Below are positions 1 to 11,000 of a stretch of 64,000 nt of DNA, piece after piece. Each line of letters starts with the position of its first letter. The stretch's first letter is position 1. The DNA comes from an uncultured Acidobacteriota bacterium. Its GTDB lineage: Bacteria > Acidobacteriota > Thermoanaerobaculia > Multivoradales > UBA5704. The notes beneath the pieces were generated by a model, which was not told the DNA's origin, ran no database searches, and saw only the letters and a program-made list of their open reading frames with translations. The position numbers were made by a program, and so were the translations under genes. The DNA lies in the NCBI GenBank assembly GCA_963770895.1, contig CAVYRF010000002.1, forward strand, positions 3,840,001 through 3,904,000. Direction: 5' to 3'.

Positions 1-2142
1 GCAAACTCGTCGCGCACCTCCCCAAAGGCGGCGCTGGCCTCCTGCCTGTTGCCCATTCCAGCCGCGACGCGACCTTGCAACCAGCCGACACGCAGAAGGT
101 CCAATTCGTTGGCCAACACAAGCGTGAGCTGCCGCAAGATCGGGACCTGAGCTGCTGCTTCGGAGAAGGCGCCGAGATGACAGAGATTGACGCCCATATT
201 GAAGGCCAGCACCCACTGAAGCCTTGGGTCGCCGGTCTGGCGGACCAAGGGAGCGGCTTCGCTCAGAGCGGCCAATGCTGCGGCCGAGTCGCCCGCCAGC
301 TCCAAGGTGTAGGCGCGATTGAGCAAGATTCGTCCTGCCGCAGAGCGCGGGGCCATGAGAGCGGCACGGTCGAGGAGATCGAGCGCAGCGGCGAATTGAC
401 GCGCATCGCGACGCAGGGACGCCTCCAAGTCGACTAAGCGCCACGCCGGAAGGACGGCGGTCGGATCGCCGGCGGCGCCAGCGTTCCAGAGCTGCCAGAC
501 GGTCTGCCATTCGGCGTCCGCCTGGATGAGGTTCCCCTGGACACGCAGGGCGTTGGCGAGAAACGCCCGCGCATAGCCTTGCAACCGGCTACGCCAGGCG
601 TCCGAGCCGGCGGCGAGCCCGGCAACCGTGACAGCGAGCTGCGCCAGCTCCAGGGCGGTGTCTGCGCTGTTGGGCGCGGCACGCCGACTTTCGTCGGCGA
701 GCCGTTCGGCGAGCGCCCAGCTCTGAAACGCCGGGAGGCACTCGACGAGGAGCAGGCGCCGCGAGGGAGCGCAGCCGGCGAGGACCTTCCAGAGCTTGTC
801 GGTTTGGGCGCGGGCGCGGGCGACGCTGCGGGCGGCGGCTCTGGCCGGCAGGGAGGCTTTTGCCAGGGCGGCGACCTCCACCGCGAGATGCGCCGCGGCC
901 TGACGCACGATGCGGTCTTCTGCTGGCGTCACGGTGGCAGGATGTGCGGGGATGGCACCACCGGCCGCGGTGGAAGGGGCGAGCGCCGAGATGGTGAGCA
1001 GCACGAGATCGACCTCGGCGGGGGCGTAGCCCATCGCCGCCGACGCCAGAGCTTCGAACCGCCGGCGGGTCAGAGTGCGATTGTCACGCTCATAACCGGA
1101 GACGCTGCTTTGGTGCGCGTCGGCGGCCGCCGCAAGGTCCTGCTGCGTCCAGGCGATGCGCTCGCGGAGCCAGACGAGGGCGATGCGCCAAGGGCGCGGG
1201 AGATCGTGGGGCGAAGCGTCGGTGGTGCCTCGGTCTGGCGTCGTGGCCGCAGCGGGAGGGCACGGGCCCGGACTTCCGGCCGTGTGGGGAGGTGCGGCGT
1301 CTCCGTCGTCGGCGGCCAGGGCGACCTTGTGGGTAGAGCGGCCCATCGCTGCGTACAAGTCGAGCAGGTGGCGCTCGGGGAGGATACCGGCCGGGTCGCC
1401 CGAGACGCCGGCGCGCCAGAGGCGCCAGGCGGTGCGCCATTCGGCAAAGGCGGCGGTCCGGTTGCCCGACACGTTTAGGGCGTCAGCCAGGTAGGCGTGA
1501 GCATAGCCCGCCATCCGGTTGCGCCACGCGGGCGAGCCGACGACGAGGCCGGCCGCCGTTACGGCAAGGTGCGCCAGTTCGAGGGCGGTGGCGACGTCCG
1601 CGGACGCGGCGCGCTGGCTTTCCTGGGCGAGGCGCTCGCAAAGGGCCCAGGTTTGGAATGCCTGCAAGCGCCCGACAAGGAGCCGGCGCTGCGCCTGGCT
1701 GGCGGCGTCAATGCGGAGCCACAGAGGTCCGGCCTTGGCGCGGTCCCGGTCGATGCGGCGCGCGGCAATCCTGGCACGCAGTCTGGGCTGGGCGACAGCG
1801 GCGACCTCGACCGCGAGATGCGCTACGGCTTGGCGCAGGGGACTGGCCGGCAGCGCGGGCGTCGCGACGGCCTTGTCGGCGACGGCTCCGTCGCCCGCGA
1901 TCTCCGGACCGAGTGCCGCAACGGTACCCAGCGCCAGCTCGACCTCGGCAGGGCTGTAGCCCATGGTGGTCTGTAAGGTGCTGGAAGCGGCGGCGGTGCA
2001 GCGGGCGGATCGCCCGTTCATAACACGAAATCTGGGCGTGGGTAATGCCGGCGGCCTGCGCGAGCTGCCGCTGGGTCCAGCCGACGCATTCCCTTAGCCA
2101 GATGAGGGCGATGCTGTCGGATTGGGGGATCGTTCTGGGCAT
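1..2142 (-). CDS. XRE-family HTH + TPR-like regulator with a tandem internal duplication of the HTH/helical module; frameshift near 1970; runs off the window edge
   Basis: ATG at 2142 gives MPRTIPQSDSIALIWLRECVGWTQRQLAQAAGITHAQISCYE (HTH). After ...RRRFQHLT the homologous sequence continues in another frame (MGYSPAEVELAL, ATG at 1964), which stays open to base 1. A second HTH copy (IALVWLRERIAWTQQDLAAAADAHQSSVSGYE) lies at ~1090-1190, followed by TPR-like helices similar to the 6459 gene. Confidence 0.8.
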
Positions 2143-2717
2143 TCGGTCAGCCCGCCGCGAGCGAGTCAGCCTGGTCGTTTCTGGCCCAAGAGGGCAGCTG
2201 GGTTTGCTCTGGTGCCATGAGCAAGGGTTTGGCCTCCGCATTCGCGACGGTGCGCGGTCAGGCAACAAATCGTCTTCGATGATGATTCTTACGCGAATGC
2301 TCTCGTTGCGCAAGGGCGATCGTGGGCATTCCCGTTGGCCGCGCGGCGCAAGCGGGCTGTGCGGCGGCTAGAAGTTTTCATTCTGTGTATACCTGATTCG
2401 CAGGCATGGCTCTGCGGCACAACTCACAGCGCGACCACCGGCTTTTGGGGCCGCTGGCTTGGTGGACAGGTCCGTGTGGTTGGAGCACCAGTTGAGCTGC
2501 TGCCTCGCGCTGCCTGGCCAACCGACGTCGCTCTCGTACTGAACAGACGGCCAGCGGGTCCGCGTTACGAAATCAAGACGCTTCGCGAGGTATACCGGAT
2601 ACTTTTTTAGGTAGTTGCGAGCGCGCCGGCCTTCTCCTGTTTATCCTGTTTGCGGAGTGAGCCCGCTGGACTGGCTGGTGCGCGACGGTGCGCCGCTCTC
2701 CTTTGGAGGACCATCGC

Positions 2718-3287
2718 ATGGGTTTGCAGGCAATTCCCACCCTGGAGACCGAGCGGCTCAGGCTGAGGCCGTTGCGCCGCGCCGACTTCGACGATTACGC
2801 GGCGCTACACGCCGATCCCGAGGTGATGCGCTACTTCGCCCAGGGCATCCTGTGGGACCGCGCCCGCTCGTGGCGACACATGGCCTGCATGATCGGTAGT
2901 TGGCAGCTCACCGGCTGCGGCATGTGGGCAGTCGAGGAGCGGGCGAGCGCTGGCTTCTGCGGCCTGATCGGATTGGTGGAGGCCGAAGGGTGGCCCGGTT
3001 GCGAGCTGGCGGGCCGCCTGGCTCCCAGGTTCTGGGGCCGCGGCTATGCCATCGAAGCCAACCTTGCTGCGCTGGGCCACGCCTTTGTCGGCCTGGGCAA
3101 ATCGTCGGTCATCAGTCTGGTGGATCCCGGGAACCAGGCGGCGGTGCGCCTGGTCGAGCGCACAGGGGAAAGCTTCCAGCGCCGGATGCAGCATGAAGGT
3201 CGCGAGGTGCTCTGCTTCGGCATCGACGCTGCGACGTATTTCGCCACAACCCCGGTCGCGGCCTGCTGCTCGCGGGCCGCGGGCTGA
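2718..3287 (+). CDS. GNAT family N-acetyltransferase (RimJ/RimL-like)
   Basis: GGAGGA RBS before ATG 2718; IPTLETERLRLRP...FWGRGYAIEA...LVDPGNQAAVRLVER motifs typical of Acetyltransf_3. Confidence 0.9.
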   Translation: MGLQAIPTLETERLRLRPLRRADFDDYAALHADPEVMRYFAQGILWDRARSWRHMACMIGSWQLTGCGMWAVEERASAGFCGLIGLVEAEGWPGCELAGRLAPRFWGRGYAIEANLAALGHAFVGLGKSSVISLVDPGNQAAVRLVERTGESFQRRMQHEGREVLCFGIDAATYFATTPVAACCSRAAG

Positions 3288-3321
3288 ACGCTGCGGATTT
3301 CTTGGGTAGCTTCTCAAACCG

Positions 3322-3846
3322 ATGCGACACCTTGACACATCATGCCGCTGCGATATGCATGCTCGAGCCCATCGAATACCTGCGGCCGAACTTGAAGGTG
3401 GTCCGGGAGAAGGCGAAGCGCCGCCGAGCGAGGGTGCGCCGGACGCCAGGGCGGGCCGAGGACGCTGGGTTTGGAACGAGGGCGACTGGTTCCGGGAAAC
3501 GCACCTGGTGTGGCTCGACGATCCCAGGGATCGCAACACCGCCCGGCAATTTGCAAAGCTTTTCTACAACCTGGTTGTGGAAAACAAACACGCGGAAGGG
3601 CGGAAAGGTTCCATGACGCGCGCCGAGCTGGCGGCAGCGTTGGCCGACCTCCCGTACCTGGAGCGGTACCTGGCCCACGTAGCGCTGGAGCGGGAGGTGT
3701 CCGGTCTGTCCGAGGAGGATGAGAGTCTGGCCCGTTTTGCGGGCCGTTTGGTTGCGAAGATCAGTCCGATCACCGCGGCGATGCAGAATCGACTCAAGCC
3801 TAAAAGATCGTGTTTACGTGCAGGGCGACGGCGGGGAGAACGATGA
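3322..3846 (+). CDS. hypothetical protein (5' end uncertain, possibly frameshifted from ATG 3359)
   Basis: Protein-like C-terminal two thirds (WFRETHLVWLDDPRDR...ELAAALADLPYLERYL); stop overlaps next start (ATGA 3843-3846). Confidence 0.55.
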   Translation: MRHLDTSCRCDMHARAHRIPAAELEGGPGEGEAPPSEGAPDARAGRGRWVWNEGDWFRETHLVWLDDPRDRNTARQFAKLFYNLVVENKHAEGRKGSMTRAELAAALADLPYLERYLAHVALEREVSGLSEEDESLARFAGRLVAKISPITAAMQNRLKPKRSCLRAGRRRGER

Positions 3847-5210
3847 AGCGCCGTCCAACCTCAGCCCCGGAGGCAAGTGAGGCAAGGACCGTCGCTTCTT
3901 TTCCTGTGAGGACATCGCCCATGATGCGAGACCGCAGTTCCGGGAGCCGCGCAGGCTTCCCGGGCGAGAGATCCCGGTACGTCTTGCTGGCTGACGGACG
4001 CGACCTTGGAGCCGGGATTCCCATTGCCGATCTGGCCGCCAGAGCACAGGAGGCCGGAGAGCTAAGCGAGGAGCTGATGGGCATGGGGCGGGCGGAGCGC
4101 GTGAAGGCGGCGCGGCAGGAGAAACGCTTCCATCGCGCCGCCTTGCTGACACTGCTCAACCTGGAAGCCGAGAGCGCGCTCTTGCAACCGCGGGGCCGCG
4201 ACGTGGGCGAGCAGGAGGCTGAGGTGGCGACGATCCTGGCCGCGTGCCTGGTGCACGAGCCGCGGGGCGACGCCGTTCCCCCGGGGGCGCTGGCACACTG
4301 GCTGCTGGGCAAGGCCCGCCTTGAGCGTGCCGACCTGGAGGGGGCGGTGCGGTCGTTTCAGGGGATGCTGGCGTTCGCCGGCGACCCGGTGGTTACGAGC
4401 GAGGCAAAGGCGCTGGCCGCCGCCGGCTGGGCGCAGGTGGATCAGGCGATGGGCGCCTGGGATGAAGCGGTGGCGCACTTCCGGCTGGCGGGCTCCGCCT
4501 TTGCCGGGATTGGGGCGACCCTGGCCGCTGCCGCGTGCCTGGCCGAGATCGGCTTTACGCTGCTTACCACCAAGGACCTGCTGCTGGGACGGCGCAACTT
4601 GCAGCGCGCGTGGAGGCTGCTCGATACGGAGCTCGCCCCGACGATGGCGGCGCGCGTCGCGCTGGGCTGCGCGGAGATCGAAGCGCAACTGGGCGAGGGG
4701 GCGGAGCGCCAATGGCTGGCGCGCGCGCAGGGCTTGTACGGGCTGCGGACACAGCCCTGTGAAGACCTGGCCCGGGCCTGGACCGAAGGCCGCATCGCCG
4801 CCGCGGCGGGCCGCCATGGCGAGGCCCTGGTGCTGCTGGAACGGGCGCAGGCGGGACTGGTGGTGCAGGGGAGCCTGGGCGAAGCGGTCAGGGTCTCCTG
4901 CGACCAGCTTTCGCTGCGGTTGGCAGCCGGGCAGCCGTTGCAGGCCGACGCCATCGCCGACGCTCTGGGCAGCGCCTTCCCCGATGCCGGCGCAGCCTGG
5001 GCGCGCGCGATGCTGGACCTGGCGGACATTGCCGCGGCGCAGGGACGGGATGCGTACCAAATCGCCGTCGACGTGCTGCTCGAGCGCTTGCCGGCCCATG
5101 AGCCATTGCCCGGCCGCCCCGATGCGTTGACGCCCCGGCGAGCTCTTACTGACCGGCTGCTGCGGCACCGGGGTGAGTTCGAAGACCCGCTGGGTGGCGC
5201 AGAGTCGTGA
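3843..5210 (+). CDS. TPR-like helical repeat protein
   Basis: Ala/Leu-rich helical repeats (WLLGKARLERADLEGA; RAWTEGRIAAAAGRHGEALVLLE) resembling the C-terminal half of the neighbouring HTH-TPR proteins. Confidence 0.7.
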   Translation: MKRRPTSAPEASEARTVASFPVRTSPMMRDRSSGSRAGFPGERSRYVLLADGRDLGAGIPIADLAARAQEAGELSEELMGMGRAERVKAARQEKRFHRAALLTLLNLEAESALLQPRGRDVGEQEAEVATILAACLVHEPRGDAVPPGALAHWLLGKARLERADLEGAVRSFQGMLAFAGDPVVTSEAKALAAAGWAQVDQAMGAWDEAVAHFRLAGSAFAGIGATLAAAACLAEIGFTLLTTKDLLLGRRNLQRAWRLLDTELAPTMAARVALGCAEIEAQLGEGAERQWLARAQGLYGLRTQPCEDLARAWTEGRIAAAAGRHGEALVLLERAQAGLVVQGSLGEAVRVSCDQLSLRLAAGQPLQADAIADALGSAFPDAGAAWARAMLDLADIAAAQGRDAYQIAVDVLLERLPAHEPLPGRPDALTPRRALTDRLLRHRGEFEDPLGGAES

Positions 5211-5340
5211 GCGACCGCGACATGGTGGCGAGGTTTGCCATGCGGATGAGGGCCACGATCGGCGTGATGGTTGCGGCGGTTGGGGCAAGGCTCTGGGCGA
5301 GCACTGCGGGTGGACCTGCACAGCAACGTGGAGGCAGGGG

Positions 5341-5483
5341 ATGAGCCGTAAGGTATCCCATCCCCCGCTTTACGAACTCCAGGCAATGGCTGTGGGACGG
5401 CTGTCCCGCGAGGACCGTGCGCGGGTGGTCCGCATCTGCTGAGAGGGTGCAACAAGTGTGGCGCCGAGGTGTTCAGGGCCTAG
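5341..5483 (+). pseudogene. stand-alone zf-HC2-like mini-protein, frameshifted
   Basis: MSRKVSHPPLYELQAMAVGRLSREDRARVVR, then a one-base shift at ~5432 gives HLLRGCNKCGAEVFRA*; paralogous to the 5825 ORF. Confidence 0.6.
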
Positions 5484-5824
5484 CCGAGCCTCGCGAATGC
5501 GCGGCGGGAGCGGAAACGGAAGAACTTTGACCAAGGCTCGTGAGGGGCGGCGAGGCGCGGAGCCGAAGCGGCGCGCCACATCCGGCAACGCTGCGCGTGG
5601 CGCCGTGTGACTCGCCGCGCCAGGAAGAAGAGCGCTCCCGATTGCCGCATCGCGACGACCTTTCTTGAGAGGACCCAGTGGATGGCTTCAACGTACAGCG
5701 ATCGCCTGCAAGCCGTGCCGCTGGCGCCGAAGGGCCAGCACCTGGTGCGTCCCCTGCGCGTGCGCGCCGACCGGCTGTCGCGCCCTTGCGGCGCGCTCGA
5801 AGGCTCGATGGAAGCTACGGGGCT

Positions 5825-6052
5825 ATGAGCCATCGACCGCGAGGTGGGTCTGGCAGCGGATCGCGAGGCGAAAGCGGAACCGTTGATCGATCGCAAAACG
5901 AGGCGCCTTTTCACCCCTCGGCGGAACAGATAGAGGCATTGCTCTTCGGCAGGATCTCGCAAAAGGACGCAGCACAGATTGTGCAGCACTTCATCAGGGG
6001 TTGCGATCAATGTGCGGCTTTGACCATGTCCATCCTGCGACCCAGGCGCTGA
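5825..6052 (+). CDS. stand-alone zf-HC2 (anti-sigma zinc-finger)-like mini-protein, 75 aa
   Basis: FHPSAEQIEALLFGRISQKDAAQIVQHFIRGCDQCAA: H...HxxxxCxxC pattern. Confidence 0.65.
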   Translation: MSHRPRGGSGSGSRGESGTVDRSQNEAPFHPSAEQIEALLFGRISQKDAAQIVQHFIRGCDQCAALTMSILRPRR

Positions 6053-6458
6053 CCTCGGAAGGTATGAACGGCCGACCGGTGGTGCATGCTATCGGCCGAC
6101 TCTCAGTGCGTTGCCCTGCGTTTCTGCCACAGGCCGCAGCTCTTGGGCAACGTGCTCTTGGGTACGTCCAAACTGGCAAGGTGCAGCTGGCGGGCAGATT
6201 CGCGGAGCGGGCAGGCCGGAACGCGCGGCTGGCGCTCGGCGATACCGATGCTGGCGAGATAGAAGCTAAGAGGTGCAACCATGGCGATCGCAAGCTGGCG
6301 CGCCGCCATTTGGAACATGCCTTTCGTCAAAACATGCGATGGACATGTCGTTGCCGGCGGTGCAGCATCGTTTCTGCGTGCAAATGTGAAAGCTGTACCA
6401 ATGTGCGCTGGCTGGATACTTCGATCCCTAGCGGAAGGCTGGACGGCGAGGAGCAGGG

Positions 6459-8075
6459 ATGCTGTGGAGGGTAAGCCGGGTGCCGGTTCGTGACGAGATG
6501 CAGATGCTGGCTCGCCTGCTGCGTGCGATCCGCGGCGTCAGCCAGGATGAGATGAGTGCCGCGGCGTCGATCGACCGCAGCACGATCAGCCGCTATGAAA
6601 CGGGCGACATGGTCCCTTCCCGGGCACACTTGGCGCGCCTGACTGGCGCGGCAGGGCTGTCGCTCGCGTTTGCCGAATCCGTGCTGTTGCCGGTGGTTCG
6701 CTTGGTGTTGGAACCCGCCGCGGCCAGGTGGCAGCGGGTCCCGGCGCCGGCCGATAACGGTGCGGCCACCTTGGAGCAGGCTCTGCTTGGCACGGTACGG
6801 GCTGGGTTTGCCACGTTGGAGGCTGGCCTGTCGGTAGGCAAAGCGGCCGATCCCCATGGTCCCCCCGCGGTCGAGGATCGACTTCCGGTTGCCGAGCTAT
6901 GGGCGGAGATCCGGTCCTGTCCGCCCGCAGAGCGGCGCGACCTGATCGCGCGGCGCTCCGGCTTTCACACCTGGGCCTTCTGCGCAAAGCTGTGCGAAGA
7001 AAGCGCACGAGCTGCCGCGCACGATGCCCGACACGCACTCGACCTGGCGCAGCTGGGATTGCTGACCGCGCACCACGCGCCCGGAAGCACTGCGGGGAAG
7101 GCCTATATTGAGGGCTACGCCTGGGCCTTCGTGGGCAACGCGCTGCGGGTTGGGGGCGATTTGCCGGCGGCCGATGCCGCGTTTGCCATGGTGGGGACAC
7201 TCTGGCGGGCATCCCCGGGCCAGGCGGCTGGCGTGCTTGCCGCTTGGCGTGTCCCGTATCTGGAGGCAGCACTGCGGCGCGATCAGTGCAACGTGCGGCG
7301 GGCGCTCGATCTGCTGGATCGAGCCCGCGAGATGGCGCCGCGCGAGGCAACCGGGCGCATCCTGGTGTGCAAGGCGACCGTGCTGCAGCGATCCGGCGAG
7401 ATTGCGGCCGCACTCGCGACCCTGGGCGAAGCCGAGCGTGGCATCGACGCCGCGGCACAGCCACGGCTCGACTTGCTCCTGCGACACGACCAGATCGCGT
7501 GCCTTTGCCATCTCGGGCGATACCGCGAGGCAGAGGTCCAGCTTTGCGGGGTGGACCCGGCACGTCTTTGCGCGGACAACGACCCGGACCTACAATTCGC
7601 CTGGCTGAAGGCCCGCATCGCCGCGGGTCGAGGGCGTCGGCAAGAGGCTCGGACGGGGTTGGAGACGCTGCGGGCGGCGTACGCAGCACAGAAGCGCGCG
7701 CACGAGGTGGAGCTGGTCTCGCTGGAGCTGGCCATCATCTACCTGGACGACGGTCGGCTGGGGGAGGTCTGCGCCATGGCCAACTCTATCTCCTGCATTC
7801 TCGGCTCGGAGCGCATCCACCGCGAAGCTCTGGCAGCGCTGCGCCTTTTCTGCGAAGCCTCAGGGATCGAAGGCGGTGCCCGCGCCCAGGTTCAAAGGTT
7901 GCGCGCCCACCTGGATCGCGCCCGCCAGGATCCGCGGCTGATTTTCGGCTCGTCCCTGCCATCTGTGGCCCAGCAGCGGAGACTAATAAGGTGTTGGCGC
8001 ATCACAGCATCAACAGAAACGCAGCAGAAGGGGCCAAAAAGGCCCAGAGAGGAGTTCTGTGTATGCGGTTGGTGA
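6459..8075 (+). CDS. XRE-family HTH + TPR transcriptional regulator (alternative start GTG 6480)
   Basis: LRAIRGVSQDEMSAAASIDRSTISRYETG HTH, then TPR-like helices; shares FHTWAFCAKLCEESARAA...GYAWAFVGNALRV motifs with the 1-2142 gene. Confidence 0.85.
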   Translation: MLWRVSRVPVRDEMQMLARLLRAIRGVSQDEMSAAASIDRSTISRYETGDMVPSRAHLARLTGAAGLSLAFAESVLLPVVRLVLEPAAARWQRVPAPADNGAATLEQALLGTVRAGFATLEAGLSVGKAADPHGPPAVEDRLPVAELWAEIRSCPPAERRDLIARRSGFHTWAFCAKLCEESARAAAHDARHALDLAQLGLLTAHHAPGSTAGKAYIEGYAWAFVGNALRVGGDLPAADAAFAMVGTLWRASPGQAAGVLAAWRVPYLEAALRRDQCNVRRALDLLDRAREMAPREATGRILVCKATVLQRSGEIAAALATLGEAERGIDAAAQPRLDLLLRHDQIACLCHLGRYREAEVQLCGVDPARLCADNDPDLQFAWLKARIAAGRGRRQEARTGLETLRAAYAAQKRAHEVELVSLELAIIYLDDGRLGEVCAMANSISCILGSERIHREALAALRLFCEASGIEGGARAQVQRLRAHLDRARQDPRLIFGSSLPSVAQQRRLIRCWRITASTETQQKGPKRPREEFCVCGW

Positions 8076-11000
8076 AGCCCCTGATTATGGTCATTGTGGC
8101 GAGCGTTGCGTTTGCCTCGGTGAGCCATGGCCAGACATGCGTGACCGCGGCCAGGGTGGGGCCGCCCGAGCCGGGGCGAACGTTTGCTGAACCGCTCAGG
8201 CCGGTAGGCGAGCCCAACGTAGAGGAGACCCGCGAGCTGGCGGCGGCGATCCGCACTTATCGCGCCGCTGTGGATATCGAGGCGGTACAGCCGGTGGTCG
8301 AGTTCCTGCAACAACATCCCGATTCGGCATGGAAGCCGTCCCTGTGCGCTAACCTGGCGGTGCTCTATCGCCACACCGGCTATCTGGACCACGCCCTGAC
8401 GATGGCCGAAGAGGCGTGGCGGCTGACCGCCACGTCCACCGACCCCGAAGCGCGAAAGATCGCCGATGACGCGCTGGCAACTCGTATCGAGGTAACCTCG
8501 GCCCTGGGCCGCACGGCCGAGCTGGCGGCGCTGCTCGACGCAGTGCGTGATCGGCCGCTGAGCGGGCACGCGGCAGAGATGGTGTCGGGCGCGCGGTCCA
8601 GTCTGTGGCAGATGCGCCACGATCCGGGCAGCTCCTTCCGCTGCGGCCCGCTGGCCATCGAGCGCGTCGCCGCGGTCCTCCATCCGGGAGCTCTAGCCGA
8701 CCCGCGCGTGCAGCAGTACCGTTCGACCAGCCAGGGCACTTCGCTGGCCGAGATGGCGCGGCTAGCCCAGACGACCGGCTTGGATTTGCAGGCGGTCAAA
8801 CGCCAGCCCGGCTCGCCCATCCCGGTGCCCGCGGTGGTGCATTGGAAGGCCGACCACTTCGCGGCGCTCGTGGCGCAGCAGGGCGACCGCTACCTGGTCA
8901 AGGACATGACGTTCGGCGACGACCGCTGGCTCAGCCGCGCCGCGGTGGAAGAAGAGTCGTCGGGCTATCTGCTGGCCCAGACCCCAAAGGCACTGTCGGA
9001 TGGCTGGCGGCGGGTGACCGCCGCGGAGGCGGCAGCGGTCCGCGGGCGAGGCGCGAGCGCCAATCCCAACCCCGGAGCGACCACCCCGGGCGACCCCAAA
9101 AAGCCGGCGCTGTGCGGCGGCAACGGCATTGGCATGCCGGTCTACAACTTTCACACCGCGGTGGTGAGCCTGAACGTCACCGACGCGCCGGTCGGTTATC
9201 AGCCGCCACGCGGACCGGCGATGCGGTTCGGCATCACCTATAACAGCCGCGAGGACTTTCAGCCCTCCACCTTCACCTTCACCAACCTGGGCTCGCGCTG
9301 GAGCTTCGACTGGCTGTCGTATGTCGAAGACGACGACCCGAACGGCAACGGCAACACCATCCGCGTCGCGGAGTTGGGTGGCGGTTCGTACATCCTGCCG
9401 CAGACCTCGACGACGTCCGGGTACCAATACGGGCCCAATGTGCGCGGCACGCACGAAACAGTGACCCGTATCTACCAGACGAACACCAACACCACCATCG
9501 GCTTCGCCCGGCAGTTTCCCGACGGTTCGCAAGAGATCTACCAGCTTTCCGACAATGCCGCAATGATGCGGAAGTATTTTCTGACCGCGGTGACCGACAC
9601 GCTGGGCAATACGATCACGCTCAACTACGACGCCGCCACCACGCGCCTGTTGTCGATCACCGATGCCCTGGGCCAGACGACGACGCTCACCTATGGGCTG
9701 GCGGGCGACATCTATAAGGTGACCGCGGTCACCGATCCGTTCGGGCGTCAGGCGCTCTTCCAATATTCCGGTGGCGAGCTGCAAAGCGTCACCGACGCGG
9801 AAGGCATGACGTCCTCGTTTGCGTATGGGCGGCCCACCGTGCCGGCGCCGGCGGCGCCCTATTGCGTGAACTTCGGCTACGACCTGGTGTACCCCGTGCC
9901 GGCGGATTTCATGAATGCAATGACCACGCCGTACGGCACGACGACCTTCGTCATGGGCGAGGAGCCACCGTGCGTCGACAGCGACCTGGGCAATATCCGC
10001 TGGCTGGTGGCGACCAACCCGCTGGGCAACCAGGAGCGCATCGAGTTCACCCACGAGGCTCAGAACGTCCCCGAGACCACCACCGAGCCGATCCCCGCCG
10101 GCTTCGGCAATGAAAATCTGGCGTACCGCAACACCTATTATTGGAATCAGACGGCGATGGAGCAGTACAGCGACGGCGATCCCAATCGCTATCTGAACGC
10201 GACTTACACCTTTCACTGGCTGCGCGACTTTTCGGAAGGCGGGACGGCAGCGTCTTCGATTCCGGGATTTGTCCAGCCGCTGGGCCAGCGCCGGACCTGG
10301 ATGGGCTACCCCAACATGCCCGGCGACAGCGACCAGGGCAGCCTTTCGGAGCCGACGGTCACCGCGACGGTGCTCGACAGCGGCCAGACCCGTGCATACA
10401 CCTACGCCTACAATTCTTCTGGCCGGCCGTATAACTACACCGACCCGACAGGGCGCACCTACAGCTACGAGTACGCGGCCAATGGGATCGATATGATCCG
10501 GGCGCTCGCCACACAGTTGGATGGCGGCGGTCCTGGCATCACCTGGGCCGGCGAGCAGCTGGCCACCCTGACTTACAACTCGCAGCATGAACCGCTGACC
10601 TACACCGACTATGCGAACCAGCGGTCCACGTTCACATACAACGGCTTCGGCGAGATGACCTCGGTACAGCGACCGGATGGGGTGACCACCAACTTCACCT
10701 ACGACGGCCACGGTTTTCTGACTCGCAAGGCGATCGCCGGCACCTCCTATCAAGAGACCTTCACCTACGATTCAGCCGATCGTCTGCTCACCTGGACGTC
10801 GACCGACGGCTACACCTTGACGTTGAGCTACGACGCGCTCGACCGTCTCACCCGCATCACCTATCCGGACGGCACCATGGACCAGGTGATCTACGACAAG
10901 CTGGACGTCGTGGCGTATCAGGATCGAATGGGACGCGTCACCACCTACGCCTACGACGCCGCCGATCGGCTGGCGTCGGTCACGGATCCGGCGGGCCGCA

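Noticed and set aside
579-1976. Plus-strand ORFs of 299, 159 and 146 aa
   Set aside because: Shadows of the minus-strand HTH-TPR gene; their mutual similarity just reflects its internal duplication.
7244-8062. 273-aa N-terminal extension of the Rhs ORF in the ORF track
   Set aside because: Overlaps the HTH-TPR gene in another frame and is low-complexity; the signal peptide begins at ATG 8063.
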